A stretch of DNA of 64,000 nt from the human T2T-CHM13v2.0 reference genome, Homo sapiens: the NCBI RefSeq assembly GCF_009914755.1, contig NC_060933.1. The stretch is one strand, 5' to 3'. Positions 16,851 to 31,010 of this stretch are shown here, piece by piece (the first letter of the stretch is position 1; every line of letters starts with the position of its first letter). The position numbers and the translations under genes were made by a program. Under the pieces are notes generated by a model. That model saw only the letters and a list, made by a program, of their open reading frames with translations. It was not told the DNA's origin and did no database searches.

Positions 16851-17257
16851 ATACATATATATATATGTTCCTTATATGTAAATTTACATCACATATAACA
16901 CCTGAGGTTCCAGATGGTCCAATCTCTATGTGGTGTAACATATAAAAAACAGCAGTATCTACTGGCTCTTTGAAGAAAACTTCAATCTTGAACATTCCTT
17001 AAAGGAGTTTTATACAGCATACATATATATTAGAAATATTTCCTCTTTTCAAATTTCTTATTTATAGATGGCACTAAATCTTTTCATCTCTTTCTCATCC
17101 ACACAGTCTCCTCATCACCACGGTCCTATTTCATTACCATCTTCCCTGCTGTATTTTTTTATGAAAAAAAAGAAAAAGAAGAAAGAGAAAGCAAGCAAGC
17201 AAACAAGAAAAAGAGAGAAAAAAGGAAGGAAGGAAGAAAGTGGGGCAGTGGAGGAGA

Positions 17258-17547
17258 GGCCAGGCGCAGGGGTTTATGCCTGTAATCTCAGCACTTCGGG
17301 TAGCTGAGGTGGGAGGATCACTTGAGGCCAAAAGTTTAAGACCATCCTGGCCAACACAAAAAGACTCTATCTCTACCAAAATAAATAAATACATACATAA
17401 AAATTAGCTATTTGTGATGGCACATTCTTGTAGTCCCAGCTATTTGGGAGGCTGAGTTGAGGGGATCACTTGAGCCAGGAGTTAGTGGTTACAGTGCACT
17501 ACCACTGCACTAAGCCTGGGCAACAGAGGGAGACCTTGTCTCTTAAA

Positions 17548-17548
<1 letters not shown>
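17258..17548 (+). mobile_element. AluJ
   Basis: Diverged dimer with J-type GGAGGATCACTTGAG in both arms; tail replaced by a GA repeat. Confidence 0.92.

Positions 17549-17558
<10 letters not shown>

Positions 17559-17588
<30 letters not shown>
17559..17588. repeat. (GA)15 microsatellite at the Alu tail
   Basis: Read directly. Confidence 0.95.
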
Positions 17589-17592
<4 letters not shown>

Positions 17593-19049
17593 TTTGTATC
17601 AACTGCTTTCTTTTGGTGGGGGAAGGGTGGTAAATGTTAGCTTTCTGTCTTCTTGAATTCTTTCTAGAGTCCTGATAAAATTTTTCCTTCTACCTTTTAA
17701 TAAACAAGTAATAACGTGTGGGAAAAAAGGAATGAATCTTTGGCAAGAGAAGGTGAAAAGTCCTTGAAAAGGTTGGATGACTGACTAGTCTATGTATCAT
17801 TGTCAAGGATACTGTTACTAAACAGTATTTCTGATCATGACATTGACTAACAAGGTGATTATTGATGGCCACAAGATTCATGGCTGACTTTCAGTTGCTC
17901 CTCACACCCTACTTTCTAAAGCTTTTTGATTATCAAAGTAGAGAGAGGAACACATGAGAATCACTAGAACTTCTAACGTATTCTTCGTGTTAAAATAGAT
18001 AACAATATTCTCTTAACAGGTTGCACAAAAATTTATTTTACATGAAAAATACTGATTTTTTTGAAAAGTTATTGATATGCCTGCTTGGATTAGAAGCTAC
18101 AACTTTAACGGAGCCAGATGCTAATTATCAATCATCTGTTTTGTATGAGATGACAGGAAGACTTTGTGACTTTGGAGGGCAGAAATGTAGAAAGTGGGGG
18201 CTTGGGGTCACTGAAAGGATGTGATCAGAGTCTCTTTCATGATTCATAAATTCTTGGATCACTTTTTGTTTCCTTTCAGCTCATCTCACATTTCTTTATT
18301 AATAAAATAAATCATCCCATGCCTTATAAATGCTAGACTTTAAGCAAGAAACAATAATTTCTCACCCCAAAAGATCCATTGGTTTTAATATATGAACTAA
18401 GTGTCAATTTGGCATCTGATTAGCTGTCATTTGCAGTAAAGACTTAGGAATTTTAACTTTTCTTTTAATCTTCCAAATTAGCAAGGTGACCAAGTGTCTC
18501 ATTCTATTTTATTTCTGCTAGATATGTTTGCTGATTGTTCTTGTCTGCAATCTATCTTAAAAGTTATCTAGGTGTTAATATGTCATTGCACAGTTTTCTC
18601 CCAAATTTTCCAATCTTTTTATGGGTGCTATTTCAGTTTTTTCAGGTAGTATTTTCAAGCTCAACTTCTGGATGTTTCTTACCAGTGGTTTCATGACACC
18701 TGCTCTCATTAATCTTCCACACCACAGTTTTGTCACAAGGAGTTTCATGCTGCCTGCTAAGACTTTGCAGAAAGGGTCTGAGGGTCTTCTATTAGGAATG
18801 TTTATTGACATGTCAACCCGCTCTGTGAACCCTCCCACGGGAGGCATTTTATCATTTCCCTCCGCTCTATACCTATTGCAGTATTCAATAAATGTTTACT
18901 TACTTGAATTGCTGAAGGTTTTTGAAACTGATGTTATGAGACATACTGAGACATTAGAGCTAAACTACCCAGTATATTCAAGTCACACAGAACTAAAAGG
19001 ATAAGCTACCACTACTCTTTAAGTTACTCTAGGATTTATTTTAAACAAA

Positions 19050-19250
19050 GATTGAATATATTTTATGTGTCAGGTGCTTTACATATATTAACTTGTTTAA
19101 TCTTATCAATATATATGAAGGTAAATACTATTATTTTATGGATGCTGAAGCTGAGGCTCAATGAAGCGTTGTAATTTGTCAGATGTTAGAGAGGTAATAT
19201 GTAAGAAACAAGAGTTCAAATGTTGTCTTTTCAGACTTAATCATCTTTCT
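19050..19250 (-). mobile_element. MIR SINE
   Basis: TATGTGTCAGGTGCTTTACATATATTAACTTGTTTAATC...GAAGCTGAGGCTCAATGAAG. Confidence 0.7.
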
Positions 19251-20025
19251 TGCCTGTCACGAGACCCCTGGCTATCTTTGTAAGAGGCAAACGTTAATAT
19301 AGTTAATGGAGGTGAACCCTAAGAAAAAAATTACATTGTTTTCTCTAATTTTCAATGAAATTGGGAATTTCTTAATTATGCTATTTTTTCTATAATTATA
19401 AAGATTATGAAAATAAGATAATCTGAAGAGTAATATCAGGCAAATGCAGAATCTGTAAATGCACAAATATTATTAAAGTTTTTGGAGTTTGAACATATGA
19501 TGGACATTTAATAGACACAAATTCAGATGTGTTGTGCTGTTGGCTAGGAACAGTACAGAAGAAGCTTCATCTACCAAATTCTATCCTTGACCGTAACTCC
19601 TACCTTCACAGACATAGAAAATAGAGTTTATTCTATAGAGGTATATACATATCAAAAATTCTTATTCTATGATAGCTTGTAGATTTGTTGGATTCCAAAT
19701 CTTGAATTCAAATGGTATTGAACTGTGTATGTTCCATGTTAATGTTAAATTGTGACTTCTTACATAAATTGTTTAAAGTTAAAATGAATCCCTCCCAAAA
19801 GTGCCCCATTCTGGTGGGTTGGTGTTATATAATCATGTAATCACATTTTTTAATTTCCATGTTTTGTAAATTAGAAGTGGGACTCCCAGTTGGGTGTAGG
19901 TATTTTGGGATAATATAGCCAGCCGATTCTACTAGGCATCACATTTTACTGAAAGAATGAAGCATATTTATCCCATTTATTATTATTTGATAATAAAAAT
20001 ATTTAGGCTAAGTAAATATCTTGTT

Positions 20026-22436
<2,411 letters not shown>

Positions 22437-22546
22437 TTACATCCAGAGATTAATACTAGATATGATTGAACCTATTTCAGTGGATACATATAAAAGTTAT
22501 TCTGATAAAAAGCATTCTCTTATAGATCCCTTCTGGCAAAAGTTAT

Positions 22547-22550
<4 letters not shown>

Positions 22551-22583
<33 letters not shown>

Positions 22584-23210
22584 AAGTTCTGGGATACTTT
22601 TGCAGAATGTGCAGGTTTGTTACATAGGTATACACGTGCCTTGGTGGTTTCCTGCACCTATCAACTGGTCATCTAGGTTTTAAGCCCCACATGCATTAGG
22701 TATTTGTCCTAATGCTCTTCCTCACCTTGCCCTCACCCGCCGACAGGCCCCGGTGTGTGATGTTCCCCTCCCTGTGTCCATGTGTTTTCATTGTTCAGCT
22801 CCCACTTATGAGTGAGAACATCTGGTGTTTGCTTGGTTTCTGTTCCTGTGTTAGTTTGCTGAGGATGGTTTCCAGCTTCATCTGTGTCCCTGCAAAGGAC
22901 ATGAACTCATCCTTTTGTATGGCTTCATAGTATTCCATGGTGTATATGTGTCACATTTTCTTTATCCAGTCTATTATTGATGGGCATTTGGATTGGTTCC
23001 AAGTCTTTACTGTTGTAAATAGTGCTGCAATAAACATATGTGTGTATGTGTCTGTATAATAGAATGATTTATAATCCTTTGGGTATATACCCAGTAATGG
23101 GAGTTGCTGGGTCAAATGGTATTTCTGGTTGTAGATCCTTGAGGAATCACCACACTGTCTTCCACAATGGTTGAACTAATTTACACTCCCACCAACATTG
23201 TAAAAGTGTT
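22551..23210 (-). mobile_element. LINE-1 3' fragment (L1PA8-like)
   Basis: T28 tail, then ACTTTAAGTTCTGGGATAC...CATCTAGGTTTTAAGCCCCACATGCATTAGG. Confidence 0.93.
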
Positions 23211-23605
23211 ATCGAATCATTTCTTCTTCCCAGAGCTATGCTTCATTGGTGAAATAGTGATTCACTATTTCATCTCCATCACTTGGAGAGTAGCAAGAAT
23301 AATCTTTTATTATTATTATTTTAAAACAAATATTTCCACTGCTTTGTTATGACCTACATATATATTCTCTTAAAATTTCTCATAGGTTTTACTTCCATCA
23401 CATGATCAGCATCTGTCCCATTCAAACGTTTTCAAAACTGGTTAGTGGTGATAAACTCATTTCAGAGGGACAGTGGTGACTGAAATGGATATGAAAACAT
23501 TATCAACTTCTGCCACCTAAATGGTGATATGTTCATATTCTTGGAATCATTCTCCATTTTCACATAGAGCTTTATTTTCAATTTTTCAAAATAAGTTGTC
23601 CTGCT

Positions 23606-23780
23606 ATATTTCAAAAATTTAAGTTGCCATCAATACTAAAATGTAATATCATTTTATGACAATGAGAGAAAAAATGCTGCCAAAAGAGCTCAGGCACACC
23701 ATCAATTATAAGACATCTTCTTATTTTAGAGACATTAAAATGTGAAAGTCTTTGTTTCTTAGAATTGATGAATGCAATGT
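23606..23780. mobile_element. MER104-like (TcMar-Tc2) non-autonomous DNA transposon
   Basis: GCCATCAAT...AAAAAATGCTGCCAA...CCATCAATTATAAGACATC...TTAAAATGTGAAA...CTTAGAATTGATGAA resembles the recalled consensus. Confidence 0.55.
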
Positions 23781-24964
23781 TTATTTTTATTATTAATTAT
23801 CCCAAATGACAGCAAAACTCAAAGCATATCACTTTTATTTGTTGGCTCAAACTTAATTTGGTTCATTTTAGTACATAAGATGAGTGATTAAAGTAGGAGG
23901 TATCAAAACTTAACCAATTTATTTAATATGGATGAAACTCTGCTGTGAATGAAAGAATGAAGAGAAATATAAGTGTCTGTCAGAAACTTCAGTATGTTTA
24001 GCACACTATTTTTACTTTGGATAAATGTGTTTTGTGCTATGGAAAAATGCAGTGATATGGATCTGGTAATCCTTGTAGCTATGAAGCATTACTAATTACA
24101 ACAAAATGTAACACAGTCTTGTAAATTTAAAACATGAAATCCAAAGCAATAATTGTTTTATAAGCTACACTTTTATTCTATGGATAGACTCGATAACACA
24201 TTTGTGAACATTTAATTTCTACACTAGCATGACTATTTTATCTTATTTATGCTATTCAATAGCTGTTGTCTCTCTGGAAACATAAGCACACCCAACCTCT
24301 GAATGCATAAATTATTTAGTGGGAGAAAATTAAGAACTTTCAAAACAATATAAACTTTTTGAGGTCACCAAGGTACCATGAAGTAAATTATTGCCCCACA
24401 GTTCTAAATGGTACCTAGTAGCCAGGAAGAGTTTAATGCACCTTTCAAAGTGCCTAATTTACTCTCAGGGAGGAACAGAATAGTGGACAGGCTCTGGATG
24501 ATGAATTACACATCAAGATGCATTTTCCCAAGTGAATTGGGCTCAATGTTGTCTGAGTAAAATGAATGCCTCACATCTATTTCAAACTTGTGAAGGAAAA
24601 GGTCTACAAATAGTTTCGGAAGTCTAAAAAACACCATTCCATTTACCTAAATGCAGTAAAGGGCAAGGCAAACTCAGTTACATAAAATAGGACTATTGGT
24701 GATAAAATGCTGGCCAAGGCAACTGAATGAAAAGAATCCCGTGTGTAGTTTGGAAGGGTCATGGAACAAGTAAAACTGAGAATGAAATCTCATCTGAAAG
24801 ATAGCTAAACTTTCTGTAATTCTTGGGTGTTCCAGAAAGGACTTCCTTGCAAGAATTTAACCTGTCCAACCTTGTAGAATCTATCACATCTGCCAGGATC
24901 ACAACTGAAGGTGGTATGTCTCCAGGCCATCAATGCTGTTGTATGTATTTACTGAAAAATTTCT

Positions 24965-25225
24965 TTGTTTCTTTTCTTTTCTTTTTTTCCTTTCTTTCTT
25001 TCTTTTTTTTTTGAGATGGAGTCTCGCTCTGTCGCTCCTGCCTTAGCCTCCTGAGTAGCTGGGCTTGCAGGCATGTGCCACCATGCCCAGCTAATTGTGT
25101 ATTTTTAGTAGAGACGGGGTTTCTCCATGTTGGTCAGGCTGGTCTCGAACTCCCGACCTCAGGTGATCCACTCGCCTCGGCCTCCCAAAGTGCTGGGATT
25201 ACAGGCATGAGCCACCGCGCCCGGC
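24965..25225 (-). mobile_element. AluSp with ~65-bp internal deletion
   Basis: Sp diagnostics TTCTCCATGTTGGTCAGG and CCCGACCTCAGG; junction GTCGC/TCCTGCC; TSD TGAA(A/T)AATTTCT at 24953-24964 and 25226-25237. Confidence 0.93.
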
Positions 25226-25587
25226 TGAATAATTTCTATTGCAAATAAATAATAAAGTATTTCTGCCTTTTGAAAATTTTCCTTTGTTAGTCTTACAGTT
25301 TCAGAGAGATTACATGAATGTCTGGTAACTTACTTATTATTGCTTTTCCTTTGGGGAGTGATAAAAGATTCCGGAGTTATTTTTGAATCCTGGGGCTCTG
25401 AACTCATGTGATCCTTACTTCCAAATAACTTTAAGCAATTGAAACTTAAAAGCACACTGACTTTGTATTATCACAGTTTTACTTTCACAGATGTCTGGCT
25501 ATTCAATTCATTTAGTATCATATTTAAGACTACCGTAACTAAATGTAATGCTCTTAGACTGTAAGACCATTGAGGACAGATTCTATA

Positions 25588-25961
25588 ACAAAGTAGATTG
25601 TGTTACTATTCACCAAATATTCGGGTTTCTCTCCCCGTGGTGCCCTCCCCCGTAAGAGATTATGTGTCCCCTTTTGGCTGAATTTAGGAATAGTCATGGG
25701 AGGAAGTGACATGTAAGTAGTTCTGTGCAGAAGCTTTGAGATTAGTGCTTGATTCACCATTTCTCTTTTCTCTCAATATCCCATCAATATCCCACGTCAA
25801 GGCTCCTCAATCGAACTGGGTGTGCTAGTGAAGATGATGATGGAGTAGATCCTGCGTTGACCTGTGAGAGACCTATAGCATAAATAAGGAATAACATTTG
25901 TCGTTAATGAGTGAGATTTTGTAGTCCTTTGTTTCTACAATATAATCTGTCTGACTCTCAC
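25588..25961 (+). mobile_element. MLT1J-family solo LTR (old MaLR)
   Basis: GGAAGTGACATGT...TTCTGTGCAGAAGCTTTGAG...GTGAAGATGATGATGGAG...TGAGATTTTG...CTGACT follow MLT1J order. Confidence 0.7.
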
Positions 25962-26332
25962 TTGTGCAAGTGCATAAGACCTGGCACTTTGTAGGTATTC
26001 AGTAAATACCTGTTGAATGAATCAGTTTTTAGACTTTTGTAGCAAATCATTGTGCACACCACCTGAAACCTGGCTTTGATATATCATAACTGCCTGTGGG
26101 TAAAAATAAGCATAACAAAACATAATTTCCCTCTAGCTCTGACTCTACCTCCAGAAATAGTCCCTCTCCTTTGAGAAGTTTGGGAACATTCTTTTGTGCT
26201 TCATCTCATATTTTGTTCTTCTCTCCAGCTTCATTGGGATTGTGTCATTTTTTTCTGTTAGTGGCAAACTGGCATATGTGTCACTAGTTGTTACCTCAAG
26301 GTACTGCTGTTGATAATTTTAGACAATGACAG

Positions 26333-26546
26333 CATCAAAGATGGACTTGACTAATGTTGAGGATACCAGTGTCAGCATCTACTGGGCAGAATGCTTTGCC
26401 TTGCTGCTTTTCTTCTCGAGAACCAAACTTTTTAACAAAATGATCCTTTTGGGTTTGATTTTTTAAAATTTTACTAGATTTCCATACTTAGAGTCAGTCA
26501 TGAGTTCCTAGTTGCTGAGCTAGAAGATAATCAGAATGACAGGCAT
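26333..26546 (+). repeat. Local duplicon, copy A (paralog of 32695-32987)
   Basis: 38/38 identical 26351-26388 vs 32716-32753; 32/32 identical 26515-26546 vs 32956-32987. Confidence 0.95.
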
Positions 26547-26604
26547 CATGCCTTATTCAGAATCTGCTCCAATTCCGCTTCATGTCTTTGAAACAAATTT
26601 GTAG

Positions 26605-26790
26605 TATAATAGCTAAAATCCATTGAGGGAGTACTTATATGCCAGCCACTGTTCAAAGAGCTGTACATATTTATTCTGTTGAATCTTTACATCAGCCATG
26701 TGATGAAAAAACTGAGAAACAAAGAGTTTAAGAGACTCTGTGTGGTCACACAAAAAGGTCACCCAGGCTGTCTTCTTCAGAAACCAGTCT
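26605..26790 (-). mobile_element. MIR SINE
   Basis: ATAATAGCTAA...TACTTATATGCCAGCCACTGTTC...AAACTGAGAAACAAAGAGTTTAAG. Confidence 0.7.
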
Positions 26791-26819
26791 ATATTATACT
26801 TCTTAACTATATTTCAACT

Positions 26820-27015
26820 TTTTTTAAAATTTGCTTTAAGTTCTGGGAATGTGCAGGTTTGTTACATAGGTATACATGTGCCATGGTGGTTTGCTGCACC
26901 TATCAACTCATCATCTAGGTTTTAAGCCCTGCATGCATTAGGTATTTGTCCTAATGTTCACCCTCCCCTTGTCCCCTAACCCCCAACAGGACCTGGCGTG
27001 TGATGTCTCCCTCCC
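26820..27015 (-). mobile_element. Short LINE-1 3' fragment (L1PA8-like)
   Basis: L1PA 3' UTR; TSD TATTTCAACT at 26810-26819 and 27016-27025. Confidence 0.93.
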
Positions 27016-28729
27016 TATTTCAACTCTTAAAAAAAAAATTTCCTGTGGCAGTTCCTTAGACATTCACGTAAGCAGAGCCCTAGTGGCCACATTCCACTCA
27101 CTTTCCATTTATGCCCAGTCAAGGTTCATTTCCATAGCATACGACCCAGTGTCTGCTCTCATGTTGTTGACAAACATTAAGATGATAATGATAATCTCAG
27201 ATATCATCTTGTCATTTTATCATGGCACATTCAGTGTACTATTCAAACTCATTATCATTACATTCAGGATACTATTCAAACTCCATGAGTTATTTAGAAG
27301 CAGTGAAATTGCATTTATTATAAAATATGATATATTTAAAATGTTTTAGCTGGGACATATTCTCAATTCTTTGTTTTAAAATGGGATATGGGACTTTTAT
27401 TTTTATTTTTCTTACAAAATTTTTTTTTCAATAGAACAACAAGACAGCTTTGTCAATCTGTGTGATTTCCCATGTTGGATTGTGTAGAAAACAGATCTAA
27501 GTTGAAATCATGATTTGGCCTTGACAATATAAAATCCCTATGAGGAGTAAAATGCTAACTAATTATTACCCAAATGCCAGTGACATACTATATTGTAATT
27601 AAAATAACCTCATTTGTTTATAATGAAGATGGGAAAAGTGAGAAAATATAATTCTTACTGAATGATTAGAATTCAAAATTATACATGTATTCTATTTACA
27701 ACCACTAAAAAGTTCCGGTGTATATTCTAATACACAAAAACTAGAATGGAATGAATCCCAATCATGATGGCTAGGTTAAACTTGTGAGATTTGGAGCCAA
27801 TTAAAAATTATGTTTTCAAAATATTTGCTATTTTTAATAATAAAAGTAAAAAAACATGAAAACAGAACTTAATATTTAAAAAATCAGTTTCAACAAATTT
27901 AGCAATTATACCTAATAATACATTTAATTTCTGAAATTGCACTCTTAGTTATATTTATTAACAATCGAATTGTTGACATCTAATTTCTTCCAACTATATT
28001 GTTCTCTGTTCTCTTCCTAAGAAATTCAGAGGAGTGAAGTAAGGTGCATGGAATAGTTTATAGAAATAAGATAAGCAGAGATCTTATCCTGGCTCCTTCA
28101 GGAATATATAAGGTAATAAAACTCCACAGAGTTGTTTTTACTGGCAAATATTCAAATACCAGCCTTTGAGTTAGAGCTTCACTGGCCAAAAGTTGGCAAG
28201 GAAAGCTTCTGTGCAATGTCTGTGAATAAGAGTCCCTAAACTGACTAAACTGACTAGGGAAATTGCCAGGCTGTACTTGAATTTTATTAGTAACGCTTTA
28301 AAGTGCTAGCAACAAAGATCCTAATTAGGTTTCCTTAATTCTACCCAAGGTAGTTCATGAACACAAAGGTCAAGTTCAAAACCAGAGGCTTTTGTATCTG
28401 GGAGGGCTGAGAAACAGGCAGCAGCACACGTGCAGCCACTTTTTTCCTTTATCCAAGGTAGGCAAGAATCATCTACTTAGCATTTTCATGATATTCCCAC
28501 CTTGGGTTTCAAATCTTTTTCATGAACGCTGTAAGCAGTTCATATCAATTGCTTGGAGTTATCATATGGAATGAAACTATTCGACATTCCACACTTAACC
28601 CACTGGTTTTTCAGATGAGAAAACTGAGACTCATGGAGGAAGGTAGGAAACTAATTATAAGCATGTTCTATTTTCAAGGTACTCTGACAGGTATTTGGCT
28701 TGTGTTCCTTCAAAAAATATCGTTAACAT

Positions 28730-28850
28730 TCCCATTGGACAGATGATGAAACCGAGTCTCAGAGACGATAAGCAATATGCACAAGCTTATAGTCCTCACT
28801 AGCTACAGATGCACAATTGCCATACGATTCTATTGACCCTATCTAGAAAA
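28730..28850 (-). mobile_element. MIR core fragment; 28743-28802 is also present at 32753-32812
   Basis: CCCATTGGACAGATGATGAAACCGAGTCTCAGAGA matches the MIR core; 56/60 identity to 32753-32812. Confidence 0.75.
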
Positions 28851-30439
28851 TTAATATATTTTGCTCTACCACCAAACTATAAGGTAATGTTATTCTTTCT
28901 CTGAAGAAATTAATGTATGATGTTAAAAGAATCCTTCTTGGGTCAATGACAGCCACTCATCTCCCTGTGAACCAGAGAAACAGACTTATAAATAATAAAA
29001 CACTATGCATAGCAGCCACCTGGCACCTAAATATTAATAGTGTGTATGTGAAACACTTTTATATAACCACATTAAAGGCATTAAATAAATGTCAAGGCTT
29101 GAAAAATACCACTTTGGGTCACTGCTGGCCACTAAACTCTACAGTCTGACTATTAAAGCAGTGATTGTTTTTTTTTTAAGACATTCGCTTTTCTGGGCTT
29201 TTCTTTCCAGGAAAAATTGTATCTTTCTGAACCATAAGGAGAGCAGTTTGAAGCTTAAAATTTGTAAACATAATTACTATTTATGAAGTTTGAGCCATAG
29301 TTACTCCTAACCATTTCCACTCCTTTTCTCCCAACTCAGTGTTTTCAATCTCTCCACAACCTGGGCAACTCAGTCTGGGAAATTCTCCACAGTGCAGAGC
29401 AGAACCAGGGCCCTCTGTGTGCATAGAGGACAGGCTTTTACCATCAGTGATGAAGCATTTGTTCCTTTCTCCAGCTCCTTCTGGGAAAATGGACTTCCCA
29501 AGAGGGAAGCTTTTCTGATTAGGAAAGTTTTTCTGATTCCCTCTTCCTAGATAAATCATATTGTGAATTATTTTGTTGAATTCCTTTCCATTTGTTTTCT
29601 ATTTAGTTCTTGCTTCATTCCCTGTAGATCTCATACATCCCTCTGAATAGTAAATTCTAATCTGTTTTCAAAATAAACATGCAATTGAAGAAAGAAATAT
29701 TAGGAGGAAGGACAAGAAGGAAAGAATCCAACTAATCTTGATTATATATTTAAAGCATTTTTAGGAGCTATATCTTTCTCCACAGCTCTACTCTCACATC
29801 AATATATTATCTGACTTCTGTAAAAACAAAGGCAAACAGATACAATTTTTTTTCTAGTTAATTTTAAGCAAAATGCAGAACATGTCATCTACACACCCCT
29901 GGACCTTGGCCGATTTCCAGAACTCTAGATCTGTTTCCAGAAGCTTCTGCTGCTTTGTCAGTACAATTTCGGCTAGACTGACCTTATGATCTCCAGCATC
30001 ATTTTCTAGTCATTCTTTTCCAAGCAAAGCCATAAGGATGGGAAGAAAATTCTCTGGAATGTGACAAAACTGGCACAATGAGAACCTTATAAGGTTTGTG
30101 CTGGCAGCAATGCAAAAATCACACTGGCTAGGAGAATTAACCATACCATGTGTAGTTTCATGGTAGGAACTTATGGTTCTCAGTAATTAATGTCCATGGT
30201 ATAATCAAAAGCATATCATAATTTTATCCATGTTCTAATAGGAGATATATTGCTTTAAATATAATCGTATGTAATAGCCTAATTTTCTAGGCAACTTTTT
30301 GAGCTCTTCTACATTTTAGGACTAGAAAAATAGTGCCAGCTTCTGACAAATATGAAAAAAACATGTTTACAATGGATTTTAACATATTTTGTTTCCTTTA
30401 AATAACATTTATCCTGAAAAGTATTTATTAGTGCCATGT

Positions 30440-31010
30440 ATATTTACGATAAGAAAAAAATAAAAGTACCCCTATTCTGATTGCTAAGATACAACCACTG
30501 ATAACATTTTAGTTATTTCCTTCTAGCATTTTTCTGCACATTTAATTACATATAAATAATCACATAATTAGAGAACACTGTACAATTTGCTTCATCCTTT
30601 TTCACTTATGTGATAATAGCTATTTCCCTATATCCTATTTGATGTTAAAATAATGAATCTCTTTGAGGAGAAAAGAAGTTAGTTTTTGAGAGGCACCATT
30701 AAGTAGTTGCCTCATTATTAATTCTTTTTAAATTAATGAGAATTATTTATACTTATAGTTTGTGCACTTTTTGTTCTGTATATTACACTTCAATAAAAAG
30801 CTTATTAAATACAAAATCTCAAATTAATTAAAATGTGATTCACCATGACTACGTAACATTCCATCATGCATCTTAACTATGATTAATTAGGCCATTCTCC
30901 CATCCTTAGACATTTAGTTTGTTTTCAGTGTCTAATACAAATAACACTGCTATAAATACACTGGTATTAAATATTCCTCTGTATCACATTCACTTAGGGT
31001 AGAGTTCTAG
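30440..31010 (-). mobile_element. Ancient L1ME-like 3' fragment(s)
   Basis: ACAACCACTGATAACATTTT...TTTTCACTTA...TTAGACATTTAGTTTGTTTTCAG...ACAAATAACACTGCTATAAATA. Confidence 0.55.

Noticed and set aside
18575-19004. 127-aa and 90-aa overlapping ORFs
   Set aside because: No recognisable domain or splice context; the 3' part runs through an L2-like tail (GTATTCAATAAATGTTTACTTACTTGAAT)
24498-24556. C box (ATGATGA) and D box (CTGA) at snoRNA-like spacing
   Set aside because: No terminal stem, no clear C'/D' boxes and no recognisable rRNA guide
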